Shown: positions 36,101-49,596 of the stretch, one piece after another
How the letters are laid out: the number at the start of each line of letters is the position of its first letter
Position numbering within the stretch: the first letter of the stretch is position 1
Program-made: the position numbers and the translations under genes
Assembly: GCF_006345805.1 (NCBI RefSeq)
Contig: NW_021837041.1
Span: 9,872 to 73,871, forward strand
DNA: 64,000 bases
Direction of reading: 5' to 3'
Source: Octopus sinensis
Lineage: Eukaryota
The notes under the pieces: generated by a model
Seen by the model: the letters and a program-made list of their open reading frames with translations, nothing else
Database searches by the model: none
Told to the model about the DNA's origin: nothing

Positions 36101-36518
36101 CACAAAGCTGTTCTCTGTTTTTCAGTGAAAAGAAGCAGCTAACAGTAAGAATATTGAAATTAAGATAATAATGACGATAATGATAATGCTAATAATTACC
36201 TCGAAGACAACAGATGCTATTCTTTACGTGTCTAACTAGTATATGTCTTAAACAGTATGATGTTTGCTATAAACATATGTGTAATCTTTTATCTTTTGGA
36301 AAGATCTCGAGAGATTAATATTACGGTTATCTGCCTTACGCGCACTCTCCAAAAGACATATAAACGAGCGGATTCGGATAGATATGTGTGCGTATGTGTA
36401 TGTCTGTATGTGTGTATATATATATAGATAGGAATGGAAGGATAGATAGATAATACACATTAGTAAACACCAACGAAGATATATGCACATACACAGATAC
36501 AGACACACGTACACACAT

Positions 36519-36741
36519 ATTTCTTTACTGCCCACAGGGGGCTAAACATAGAGAGGACAAACAACGACAAAGGGAGTCGATTACATCGACCCCAGTGCGT
36601 AACTGGTACTTAATTTATCGACCCCGAAAGGATGAAAGGCAAAGTCGACCTCGGCGGAATTTGAACTCACAACGTAACGGCAGACGAAATACCGCTAAGC
36701 ATTTCGCCCAGCGTGCTAACGATTCTGCCAGGTCACCGCCT
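36519..36741 (-). mobile_element. tRNA-derived SINE (family 2), full length
   Basis: Reverse strand ggcggtgacctggcagaatcgttagcacg...gagttcaaattccgccgaggtcgactttgcctttcatcctttcggggtcgat...aaagaaata. Other copies lie at 40925-41120 (+) and 58960-59160 (-), with decayed ones at about 20820 and 38320. Confidence 0.88.
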
Positions 36742-36879
36742 AAAAAATCCGAAAACAATGCTGCTAATCCCATCGCCTTCCGTGCTAAAGACTGCGAGTT
36801 CGCCTCCTTCTCTTTACATAACTAATTTTAAACGTCAATTCAGTTTTCTCCATGTTTTACCAAGTTTCGTTTATTCCTT

Positions 36880-37060
36880 TGCTTGTTTTAGTGATTAGAC
36901 TGTGGCCATGCTGGAGTACTACCTTGACGAGTCTTATTCGAAGAATCGATCCCAGTATTTATGATTTTTAAAAGCCTGGTTCTCATTCTATCGGTTCCTT
37001 TTGCCGAACAGCTAGGTTATGAGGACGTAAACTGACTAAGACCAATTGCCAAGCGGTGGA

Positions 37061-37097
<37 letters not shown>

Positions 37098-38305
37098 ACA
37101 CACACACAGAAACACACAAATACAGACATATATATATATGACGGGCTTCTTTCAGTTTCCGTCTACCCAATCCACTCAGAAGGCTTTGGTCGGCCCGAGG
37201 CTATTACAGAAGACACTTGCCCAAGGTGTAACAGTGTGGTACTGAACCTGGAACGATATGGTTAGGAAGCATGATGCATTATTTTATCGAATTTGCCATA
37301 AAGGTATTCCAGAGTAATGTAGCTTGCGGGCTGGACAAGGAAATTAATGAGGTGAATGATGATGATAGAAGGATGATAAGGATGGTAGAAGACGAAAAGC
37401 GTCCGCCGACTTTTGCTTCTCTAAAACATTGTTCTTTTTTAAAAATACTAAATGAGGCATTAAACCTCTTACAATTTTATAACTAAAATCTCCATTACAA
37501 TCAAAAAGAATTACATCAATGCGTCTTTAATAAATGTTCTTGCCTCCTTCAGGCATTCCAGCAGTCGCAAGTCGGGGTCCTTTGCACATTATCTATACTC
37601 TTCCTTTGAGAAGGAGTCCATTATGTAATAAAGGTTCCTTTCTTCCAGTACTCGAGCAGCCACCAGCGGAGGCCACTCTGGAAGACAAGACGAGTCCATT
37701 AGGTAAGGACTATCACAGGAACTTTCTATATAGTTCTCTACGGCCCCTCCCCTGAGATAGAAGATCACATGTTCTTCAACATTTCCACTGGGAGGGGCCT
37801 TCTTCTTCCCCCACCTCCGGTGGCTTACGTTTCACGGAAGGGGTTTCGGAACATGCCGCCGGTGCACCAGCAACCGCCGGTGATGCTACTTACCACACAG
37901 CCACTCCTGCGCCTATACACACACACACATATACGAAGGGGCTTCTTTCAGTTTCCGTTTATCAATTCCATTCACAAGGATTCGGTCAGTTCGAGGCTAC
38001 AGAAGACATCTGCCCAGTGTATCACGCAGTGGGACTGAACCCGGAACCATGGGGTTGGGAAGCAAGCTTCTTACCACATCGCTACTCCTACTCTATACAC
38101 ACACAGACACACACACACGTATGCACATACTCATATAAGAAGGGATTCTTTTAGTTTCCGTCTACCAATTCCACTCACAAGGCTTTGGTTGGCCTGAGGC
38201 AATAGTAGAAGACACTTGTCCAAGTGGTGCCATGCAGTAGGACTGAACGCAGAGCCATATGTTTCGGAAGCAAACTCCTTACCACACAGCCACGCCTGCG
38301 CTTAA
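36880..38305 (-). mobile_element. Cluster of SINE family 1 copies and heads
   Basis: A near-full copy at about 36880-37270; heads and bodies at about 37888-38090 and 38140-38305. Confidence 0.8.
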
Positions 38306-38549
38306 CTCTTTCTAATTTTGATACAAAACCATAAATTTCTAGGAGCAGTGTAAGACGATGAAATCGACCCCAGTGCTGCACCGATACTTTATTTTATCGA
38401 CTCGGAGAGGAGGAAAGACAAAGTCGATCTTGTTGGAATTTGATCTTAGAAGGTAAAGTGTCGCAAGAAGTACCGCAAAGCAATCTTTGCGATGCTTTAG
38501 TAATTCCACCATGTCAGAGTCTTTCATGGAATACATATTAAGTATAATT

Positions 38550-39135
<586 letters not shown>

Positions 39136-39529
39136 CTCTTAAATATTGATCTGCAGTGAAAAGAAACTTCCAAAGTTTAGTTATTTTAGGAATGACTGCC
39201 AATAATTAAATTGACACACGTATTTTAAACCGACAGACTCAAAGCAGTGTGTATTCTTTATCTCATGTCACCCAGAAAATACATGAAAAGATATTACTTT
39301 TAATTTCACGAAATATATGTTCAGTTTTGTTTGATATTAACAGCTGGATTTCTAGACTGTAAGGATATCCTCATCAACAGGCATTATCCATAATCCTTGG
39401 TAGATTATGGGGGTATAACAAAGCAAGGCAATTGATGCCCGGATATTGAAAGGAGTAAAACAAAATAACATACCTGGATTGAATATGCTTACCATGTGTC
39501 CCAAATTCATCATCACCAAGATCCCTTAA

Positions 39530-39900
39530 CTGATGCAGCCAGTCGCTGAGATGCTACTCCAGACGCTTTCATACTCAGCCGTCGCCACTTGTCTCTGTTC
39601 TGTCATGCGCTGCAGGTTCGCTGTGTTGTCACCTGTCCAATCCTTGATTTTGTCAAACCCAGACTTTTTGTCTGCCTGCCTCTCTTTCATCCGCCCTCAA
39701 CTGTTCCCAGAAGAATGGTTTTTGACAGGGAATTGTGGCGGGATAGAAGACCATACCAGGCAGCCAAGGTGTGGTTCGTTGGTTCGTGTCTGCCAGCGTA
39801 TTTGTTGATTTGCTGCCTAACCAAAGGTGTTCATTCTGTGTTCTATGTACGGACTGTGTAGCAGCCTTCTGAAATACTTATTCTCAAATACCTGGAAATT
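39530..39900 (-). mobile_element. RTE-clade LINE 3' fragment
   Basis: Reverse-complement homolog of 40375-40690 (FRRLL...ILLGTVEGG..R.RQKK..FDKIKDWTG). Confidence 0.7.
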
Positions 39901-40374
39901 TTGCTCCATGTCAGTTGTAAGAGTCCAACTCTTAAATTACAATCCAAGAAAAACGAATTTTACAATATTATTCTTCGAGAAATGCTACAAACACCACCAG
40001 GATGATTCGGAATCTACAAACATACAATGCTAACAACTTAAAAACAGTATTCTTTAAAAATAATGTCGGCAGATTCTAAATTATAAGCATCAGAACAAAT
40101 AGTCAAAACGGTTTGACTGCCCAAGTGGGGAATATATTTAAAATTGTCCGAAAGTTTTCAATTCCATTGGAAGCAAGGACAATATTTCAGCCTGCCAATA
40201 AGTATAAAGCATAGGTATGTTTCTTGAAGAAGTGAAGGTGATACTAATGTCCTTTCAACTGTAGGCATGAGGTCTTTTGTTGAAGGTACGACCTCCCTAT
40301 GCGACACGATGTTGTCGAAAACACAATATACAATGTCATTCGGAAACAACCGTCCTGGGATAACTATAGAGAAT

Positions 40375-40690
40375 TCCCCGGGTATTTGAGCATAAGTGTT
40401 TCAGAAGGCTGCTACAGCTTGGCCAGGCAGCAAATGTACAAATACGCAGGCACCTTGCACAGGTAAAAAGATGAACGCTTGCCTGGCATGGTTTTGTATC
40501 CCGCAACAACTTATCCAAAAGCATTCTTCTGGGCACAGTTGAAGGCGGATGAAAGAGAAGCAGGCAAAAAAAAAAATCTGGGTTTGATAACCTCAAGGAC
40601 TGGACAGGACACAACACTGCGAGCCAGCAGCGCATGACAGGGGACAGACAGAAGTGACAACGGCTGACATAGACATCAACATATGAAATA
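40375..40690 (+). mobile_element. RTE-clade LINE 3' fragment
   Basis: FEHKCFRRLL...LAWHGFVSRNNLSKSILLGTVEGG*KRSRQKK..FDNLKDWTG matches the RTE C-terminal pattern. Confidence 0.75.
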
Positions 40691-40924
40691 TTGGTGGAAC
40701 ATTCCCGTCGAAACCTCTACCAAGTGCCAACATAGCTATTTAGGATTGACGCGAAAAAGTATGTGCTGTCATAAAGGGCAGCTGTACAACCGATGTGAAC
40801 CATTTCTTTGAAAATCAAAGAGAGACTACGGATAATTACGGACAGCTGCTTCGAAAACTTTCGTTTCTATACCCAGATTTTAAATTCATATTTATACCAA
40901 TAATAATTGATGCACATAGTTTTT

Positions 40925-41120
40925 GGACGAAATGCTTAGCGGTATTTCGTCTGCCGCTACGTTCTGAGTTCAAATTCCGCCGAGGTCGACTTTGCCTTTC
41001 ATCCTTTCGGGGTCGATTAAATAAGTACCAGTTACTGGGGTCGATATAATCGACTTAATCCGTTTGTCTTCCCTTGTTTGTCCTCTCTTTGTTTAGTCCC
41101 TTGTGGGTAGTAAAGAAATA
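40925..41120 (+). mobile_element. SINE family 2, 5'-clipped
   Basis: Direct match to the reverse complement of 36519-36720. Confidence 0.85.
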
Positions 41121-41349
41121 GGTTTTGTGAGTAAAACACCTAACAGAAGCTAGAGTTTTCAGAAAAAGAAGTCAACCCGCAAACACACGCATTAAAAATA
41201 CAATTACTAAAAGGAACATTAAATATATGCAAGACTTTCTCAAGTTCACAATTAGAATTTGTTTTTATTATCTGCATTCCAGAGATGGAGCTTTGTATAT
41301 TTGTTAGAAACCAGTTCCTTCCTTACAACAAGATTTCAAATAATTAAAA

Positions 41350-42365
41350 ACTAGCGGGACCCATGAATATTTCACAGAATTAATGGTAAACTTATTGGGT
41401 TATTCTTGGAAACCTTATCCCAAAACCCTGAAAACGTAGCCTGTGTTGATTCTGTATGAAAAGACAGTCGTTCATCTGCTATTCATTGAAAAGTGAAGGA
41501 TATTAGAATACGATGATTACTTAATGCACTTTATATATTCATTTTATATACTCTATGCACAATTTTATAGACTTAATACACAGCACTCATAAAATAAATA
41601 TTCACGCTTATTTTTCCATTTTCCCCATAAAAAATGTATGATGCAGCCTATCTGTCACGTAAATAAACGTGAAAATTTCACGGAATTGCACTTATGCGTG
41701 ATAGGTGATATGAAAAAGATTTAGTTCAATTAAAAACAAATATACTTTTCACTATCCAATTACCACCGCTATCTCCACCACTCTCATCAGCTCCCTCCCC
41801 CTCCCTCCCTTCCTTCCGTCTCTCCCTCCCTCCCTCTCTCTTTCTCTCTCTCTCACTCCTCTCTCTGTGCCTTTCTTAAACTCACCATCAGGACAACACC
41901 CCTCTGCTAAGATTATATTTTAAACTCTCCACTATATCATCACTAACTTCGACAAATATTTTTTAAACCACGTAATAAATATTACCTTCCCCCTATCTCA
42001 CGTCATGTACGCTTCTCTCTCCCTCTTTTCCTTTCTCCGTTTTATCTCTCTCCTTTTTCTTTCACCCTCTTTTCTTATTTGTTTCACTCTTTGCTCTATC
42101 CTCTTTTTCTCTCTCTTTTTTTCTTTTTCCTCTCTTTCCCTTTAACTAATCACGTGAAAGCGTTACAATTACATTCCATCAACCGCACGTGATGGACACT
42201 TCTCTCTCCCACTTTTTCGCTCTCCCTCTTTTTCGCTCTCCCTCTTTTTCGCTCTCCCTCTTTTTTCTCTCTCCCTTTTTCCTCCCCCCTTTTTCCCTAA
42301 TCACGTGAAAGCTTTACTGACGGACTAAGTAATGCAATAACAAGCAGAATTATTATAAGATAGGA
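41350..42365 (+). mobile_element. Possible non-autonomous Helentron/Helitron-like element
   Basis: Starts actagcgggaccc, has an internal pyrimidine-rich tract, and ends gcagaattattataagatag. The assignment rests on end-motif resemblance only. Confidence 0.35.
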
Positions 42366-43068
42366 AAGAAAATACATACGTACGTACGTGCGTGCGTGCG
42401 TGCATACATACATACATGACTTTCTCACCTGAAAGGCGTGCACATTCGTTAGTGGACAGGTTGTTTTGCCAAGGTTAAAATTATTTGTAGAAAACTATTG
42501 CGAAATGTCATAAAATAAATAGAATTCCCAGCAGGGCGTCTTCTTCTCCCCTACACTGTTACATCGGAGGGAATCTAAGATACGGGGCCCTACAGAAAAG
42601 CAAGTTTCTTTGTTCCCCGCTGGCTGGCATCGGCATTCCTTCGAGCTAGCTTTGTCGGTTTTTCATCGAAATATAGATGCAGATAAGATAGAGCTTATCT
42701 TTTCAGAGTACCGACCGTCGAATATAAAACATAACAAGCAAAAAACGAGTAGACGAAACTTATCACAAAATATTTAAACAAATAAATATACAAACACACA
42801 CATACACACGTATGTATATATGTGTATGTTTGCACACACACACACACACACACACATACACAGATACATATAGCTGTGTGTGTGTTTGTGTGTGAGTATA
42901 TTGGAATATGTGTGTAGTGTGTGGGTATAAAATCGTAAACAGCTTCATAAGTGACAGCTAGGAAGTGTGATGAAGAGGTAATGGAAACCTTGGAGCAATA
43001 TTAGAAACGGTTTTCAATGTTCTATATGTGTATGAAAATATGAATATCTATCTATCTATCTATCTATC

Positions 43069-43099
<31 letters not shown>

Positions 43100-43147
43100 G
43101 TCTGTCTATCTGTCTGTCTGTCTATCTGTCTGTCATTCGGTTTGTTG

Positions 43148-43196
<49 letters not shown>

Positions 43197-43199
<3 letters not shown>

Positions 43200-43862
43200 T
43201 TGGGGAAAACCACTATTATGTAATTCAAACAATGATAGACGTAAATCATACCATATAGAAAAAATAAAATATATGATAAAACATTTACCTAGATCACAAT
43301 AAAGTACATAATAATAAACAGCATATAATTAATAAATAGACTACGTACGTTTCGTGGCTATATCTTCAATACGAATTAAATTAAATTTAAATTTAATCGA
43401 TCCAAAAACAATTCAGTTTAAAAGTATATTCACTCCTCAGGTCAACAATAATAACAATAATAGTTAAATAAATACTTATTTACAATAAAATATCAAACAA
43501 TAAAATTTCTTCTATAAGAAGAATCATGTTTTTATTTCTTTAAGAAATATTGTTTAATGCTGTTTGATTATTTATTAAAAATATGTATTTATTTAACTAT
43601 TATTGTTATTATTGTTGACCCGAGGAGTGACTATACTTTTAAATTGAATTGTTTTGGGATCGATTAAATTTAAATTTAATTGTAATTCGAATTAAAGATA
43701 TAACCACGAAAGGAACGTAGTATATTTATTAATCATAAAATGTTTATTATTATGTACTTTTTCGTGATCTAGGTAAATATTTTATCATATATTATATTTT
43801 TTCTATATGGTATGATTTACGTCTATCATTGTTTGAATTACATAATAGTGGTTTTCTCTAAT
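43197..43862. mobile_element. Inverted pLTR-like pair (about 300-bp arms) flanked by (TA)n
   Basis: 43197-43500 is the approximate reverse complement of 43560-43862. Confidence 0.88.
43339..43443 (-). ncRNA. Type I hammerhead ribozyme with long loop II
   Basis: Reverse strand GAC-CTGAGGA-GTG...(about 75 nt)...CAC-GAAA-CGTACGT-A-GTC; palindromic ACGTACGT. Confidence 0.65.
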
Positions 43863-43951
43863 TTATATATATATATATATATAATGTACACACACATACA
43901 CATACACGAACACACAGACATACGCACACGCACCCCCCCACATATATATAT

Positions 43952-43988
<37 letters not shown>

Positions 43989-43992
43989 AAGG

Positions 43993-44215
43993 GCAAAGAC
44001 CCCCTTCGGTTATGAATGACCATGGGATTTCACCTAGAAAGTTGCCCACCGAGGCAGAAGTTCAAGCAAGGTTGTAGGACGGAAGACAAACAGTCGTCCA
44101 TGTCTACCAACTTTCCCAGGGTACGTCAACGATTTTATCCAAGGGAAAGGTAAAATGTTGCCACAGCTTTGTGCCAGTGACGACTCAACTTATTTCTTCA
44201 GATGAAGAGCACAAC
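43993..44215 (-). mobile_element. SINE 3' fragment (further family)
   Basis: gggcaaagacccccttcggttatgaatgaccatggg... resembles an abundant cephalopod SINE tail as I recall it. No second copy is present in the window. Confidence 0.4.
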
Positions 44216-44261
44216 ATGAACAGCACATTACCATGTAGATGTTATTTAATAGACACAATAC

Positions 44262-44506
44262 ATGTTCTTATGTGCTACTAATACTTTCTTATGCCGAGAA
44301 CATGCCAAACAATGTATTCTAACACGTCTGATATCTCGGCATAGTCAACAGCCACAGCCAACATGGCATGAAGAAATCGGTATAGCATAAGTTCGTCATG
44401 CCATGCAGTCTGTGCCTGATGTCTATGCCGAGATGTCAAACGTTTTATAATACATTGTTTGGCATGTTTTCGGCACAAGAAAGTATTAGTAAGGCATAAA
44501 ACATGT
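44262..44506. repeat. Hairpin / MITE-like palindrome of about 245 bp
   Basis: The 85-bp outer arms catgttcttatgtgctactaatactttc... pair with ...gaaagtattagtaaggcataaaacatg. Inner CATGGCATGA/TCATGCCATG pairing is also present. Confidence 0.8.
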
Positions 44507-45168
44507 AAACTGGTGTATCATATTGAGTAAGCAGTTCATCTTGTGTCACCAGATGGAGATACATTTCTTTGTTCATCTACTATATATATATATATTATAT
44601 ATATAATATATTATATATATATTAGATAATAGGATTAGAAATTGATTTTAATCAATAAAACCAGTGGCTTAGCAAATCGATTTTTTATTTCGTATGTATC
44701 CATTTGTCTTGCTTATTTTTACATTTTCGTTTTTTTCTGAGATTTTTCATAAGAACATATTATTCGTGGTAATGGCGATTTGACGTCTGTGTTTAGCATA
44801 AAGGATGTCCACTTTAGTGGTCATTCCTCTAAATAATGCATATATATATATATATATATTTCTAGAGAGAGACTTAATAGATAGACTGATACATACAAAC
44901 ATACATACATACATACATACATACATACATAATACATACATACATACATACATATATACATACATACATACATATATGTATGTATGTGTGTGTGTGCGTG
45001 TGTGCGTGTGTGTGTGTGTGTACAGACCTGACTAAGCGCATGTGATGGAGCATTTTTCATAGCGTTGTTCCGATGGTCGGATAACTGAAGAGATGGCGGC
45101 GTGATTTTCCAACTCGGCATCCGAAACTCCGAGTTTTATCATGGCTACCTGAATAATTGTCATATCAC

Positions 45169-45217
<49 letters not shown>

Positions 45218-45382
45218 ATTATATATATATATTTGAGTAGTTGAATGATTATCTTATTATGGATAATTCGGTTAACCGATACCTGGGTAGCAAGTTCACG
45301 TCAGAAAAACACGGTTGAGGCTACATGCCAAGGGCAGAGATCACGTGCTTTTGTGTGGAAATTTGTGTGTTTTTTTAATACA

Positions 45383-45714
45383 AATAAATGAAAGAATGGA
45401 GTTGAACGACGAATTAACAAAATTCCTTTATTCTCGACATACGTTTCGAAGGCTGCATATTCCTAATTTTGAAGGAATAAGGGGTGCATTAGCCGCTTCT
45501 CATCAGGAAAACAAGGAACTTATGTCAGCATCAAGATGAACAAAACTTTTAGATGACTGCCCACACGGAGCCCATAGCGATAATCCTTTTTTTCCTGATA
45601 AGAAGGCGGCATAATGCACCCCTTATTCCTTCGAATTAGGAATATGCAGCCTTCGAAATATATGTCGAGAATAAAGGAATTTTGTTATTCTCGTTGGAAC
45701 TCCATTCTTTCATT

Positions 45715-45719
<5 letters not shown>
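45383..45719. mobile_element. Inverted pLTR-like pair (about 130-bp arms)
   Basis: 45383-45512 is the approximate reverse complement of 45590-45719. Confidence 0.88.
45431..45511 (-). ncRNA. Type I hammerhead ribozyme, canonical core
   Basis: Reverse strand TTTTC-CTGATGA-GAAG...CTTC-GAAA-CGTATGT-C-GAGAA, with GUC cleavage triplet. Confidence 0.7.
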
Positions 45720-45753
<34 letters not shown>

Positions 45754-46167
45754 AATTTCACACACGCGTTTCCAAACATTTTCAATGCATACCTTTTATC
45801 TCTAACACTTCCCCAACAAATCAATAAACGTCTACATTTATCCTTGAAAAGCGACAAGGTTAATTCCACCATGTAGAACTCACTAAGATTAAGGACAGGG
45901 AAACTCACAGGTCTGCACCTGCGAGTTCTACGTATGACGGCTGGCACACATGATTAGGCTTAAGGTGATAGGAAACTACGGCTAGTAATTGTCTGCTAAA
46001 TATTTCCATCGAAACTCAATTTCCATCGAATGGGAAACTCAATCACAAGAATTTTTTCAATACAGACCATGAAGGTAGTCTATCGTTTCTGCTACATCTA
46101 ACATTAACGCATACATATACCCATGCACATATTCACACACATACGTGCGTGCACACGCTTACTCACT

Positions 46168-46198
<31 letters not shown>

Positions 46199-46590
46199 GT
46201 ATATTCAGTAATAGATAAATATATGTATCATACCTATTCCCAGTCTATCCTTCATTCTGTCTCCTCGCGCGTTCATCTATTTTGTGGAGCATACGGACCA
46301 TATGTACATCACTAATCGCATTACTAGCTAGATACGTGTGCATACGAGTGCGCATGTACGTGTGTGCATATATAATATATAATATATGCATATGTATGTA
46401 TATATAGGGAGAATTCACAAAAAAAAAGAAAGCAAAAGACGAAGACAGGTGGTATAGACAACAGACAGATGTATAAGTTTCACGCTCGGGAATTGAAAAA
46501 GACTTTAACGTTTCGAGCCTACGCTCTTCCAGAGAAAGAACACAGAAAGAAACAAGGAAGAAAATAGAAAAAAATATATATATTATAGAT

Positions 46591-46643
<53 letters not shown>

Positions 46644-46669
46644 TTATATATATATTATATATATATATA

Positions 46670-46702
<33 letters not shown>

Positions 46703-46703
46703 G

Positions 46704-46810
<107 letters not shown>

Positions 46811-46872
46811 ATATATATATACGCATACATACACATACAAATTAAGATAGAGACACATATATATATAGTATG

Positions 46873-46903
<31 letters not shown>

Positions 46904-47949
46904 TGTATTATATATATATATATATATATATTATCATATATATACATAGATATATATCTATATATATCTATATATAATATATAATGTTATATCTATATAT
47001 ATAATGTATATATTAGATATTATACGCATCATTGACATACAATTAAGAGATAGACACATATGCATATACAAATATACATATATCATATGTATATATGTGT
47101 GGTGTGTGTATTTATACATATATACATACATACAAATACATATATATATACACACACGTAAAAAACATACATACATTCCTACAGACACATGCACAGCGTA
47201 GTACATGCATCTCTATATTTGGTGTACATATCAATATACATACATTAATATATATAGTAGATAGATTGATAAATATATGTGTGCTTCTGTGTATGTGAGC
47301 ACATATATATATATATATATAATATATATATAATATTCACACGAACAAACACACACACATATATGTATATATATATAAATAAATATATATACATGTATAT
47401 ATATACATATGTATATGTATATATATGTGTGTGTGTGCGCGCGTTTTGTTTGCGTGTGTTGTGTGTGTATTTGTGTGTATGTGTGTAGGCATGTTTGTTT
47501 TTATGTGTGAGTCCTGTGTATGTCTGCTGTTACTCAAGTACTTGTATTTGTGGAGTGTACAAGTGTGTCTCCTCACGCGCGCTTCCGTGTGTGAATGAGT
47601 GAATGCCTGTGTGTGTATGTGTATATGTGTGCTTTTGTGTATGTGTGTGTGTGTGTGTGTGTGTGCATGTGGCGTTCTTGAGATGAATAATAGAGAATTA
47701 GTAGAGATAGAGCCTATGATAAAGGAACGAAGAGAAAAATAAGGGATGGCAAGAACGAAAACAAAAAAAAAACAAATTTTTTTAAGGATATTGATACGAG
47801 TATGAAGTTTATGGTGAGAGGAGGAGGAGTAGGAAGTCAAATGAATAGGAGGAGGAAGAGAAGATGTGGGGGGGGGGGCGAAGACGAAAAAATGGTAAAA
47901 AATGAAACTAGATATGAAATGGAATCGGAACAAAAAAAAAGTGCAACAA

Positions 47950-48252
47950 AATGATGATAATGATGATGATGATGAAGATGATGATGACGATGATGATGAT
48001 GATAATGATGAAGATGATGATGACGATGATGATGATGATAATGATGAAGATGATGATGACGATGATGATGATGATAATGATGAAGATGATGATGACGATG
48101 ATGATGATGATGACGGCGACGAGGACGATGATAACGATGATAATAATGATGACAACGACGACGATAATGATGATGATGACGCTGATGATGATAGTGGTGA
48201 TGATGATGACAATGATAACGTCAACGATGACGATGATCTTAATGATGACGAC

Positions 48253-48294
<42 letters not shown>

Positions 48295-48412
48295 GAAGAA
48301 GAAGAAGAAGAAGAAGAAGAAGAAGAAGAAGAAGAAGAAGAAGAAGAAGAAGAAGAAGAAGAAGAAGAAGAAGAAGAAGAAGAAGAAGAAGAAGAAGAAG
48401 AAGAAGAAGAAG
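47950..48412. repeat. (GAT)n/(GAC)n then (GAA)n trinucleotide tract
   Basis: Direct reading; contains a 36-nt higher-order unit repeated about three times. Confidence 0.95.
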
Positions 48413-48748
48413 GCTGAGGAAAAGTACAAAAAACCAGGAATGTGATGAAGAATTAGAAGAAAAAACATTTCTGTTGAGGAAGAATTGAGAAGAAACAGAG
48501 AGGAAAATATGTAGAAAAAGGTGAAGACGAAAAAGATGAGTCTGAGGCGAAAAATTTTTCAAAGATGCCTTTTTGAGATACGATAGAAATTTCGCTTACT
48601 TTAGACGATGATATACATACATACATACATATATACATACATACATACATACATACATACATACATACATACATACATACATACATACATACATACATAC
48701 ATCATACATACATGCATATATATATATGTACATGTATTATATCATATA

Positions 48749-48795
<47 letters not shown>

Positions 48796-48954
48796 TAGTA
48801 CATGTTGTATTTTTATATATTATATATATTATAGATATATATATTGTATATATATATATAAATGTATGTATATCATATATATATATTATACATACATTAT
48901 ATATACATATATATATATACACATATATATGTATATGATATACATATAAATATG

Positions 48955-48986
<32 letters not shown>

Positions 48987-49120
48987 ATATATATATGGAT
49001 ATACATACATATATATATGTACGTGTATGTGTGTATACCTACATATATCACACGCACATATATATATTTATACGTGTTTGTGTGTGTGTATACATATATA
49101 TACTGACGTATGTGTGGCTG

Positions 49121-49164
<44 letters not shown>

Positions 49165-49551
49165 CAGACAGATATATATATATATATATATACATCGCAC
49201 CATAACCCGGGTAACTGCCGCGCCCACACGTCCTCCCCATCATTGGGGAACCCATACACTTCCAAACACTAAGAGAACGTTAAGAATCCTTGGAATTCTT
49301 CAAAGATAAAGATTCATATACGAGAGCTTATAATTTGCTCTGAAAGATTTGAAATTTTGTAAATTCTTCGATGGAAAATGTCTTAAGAAATTCTGGAGTA
49401 TTGTTGTCAACAGGCTGAGAGTGGTATGTGAAAGTTAGTCCCCTGTTTATATGTCATTATGTCAATATGTATTTATCTCTCCCGCTCCCTGCTTATCTTT
49501 ATCTATGGTATATATACCTTATGATCATAGTATATATGAATATATATATAA

Positions 49552-49596
<45 letters not shown>

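Noticed and set aside
47902-48417. 171-aa poly-Asp/poly-Glu ORF resembling an acidic biomineralisation protein
   Set aside because: Pure (GAT)n/(GAA)n repeat that is open in several frames on both strands, with no signal peptide or splice support.
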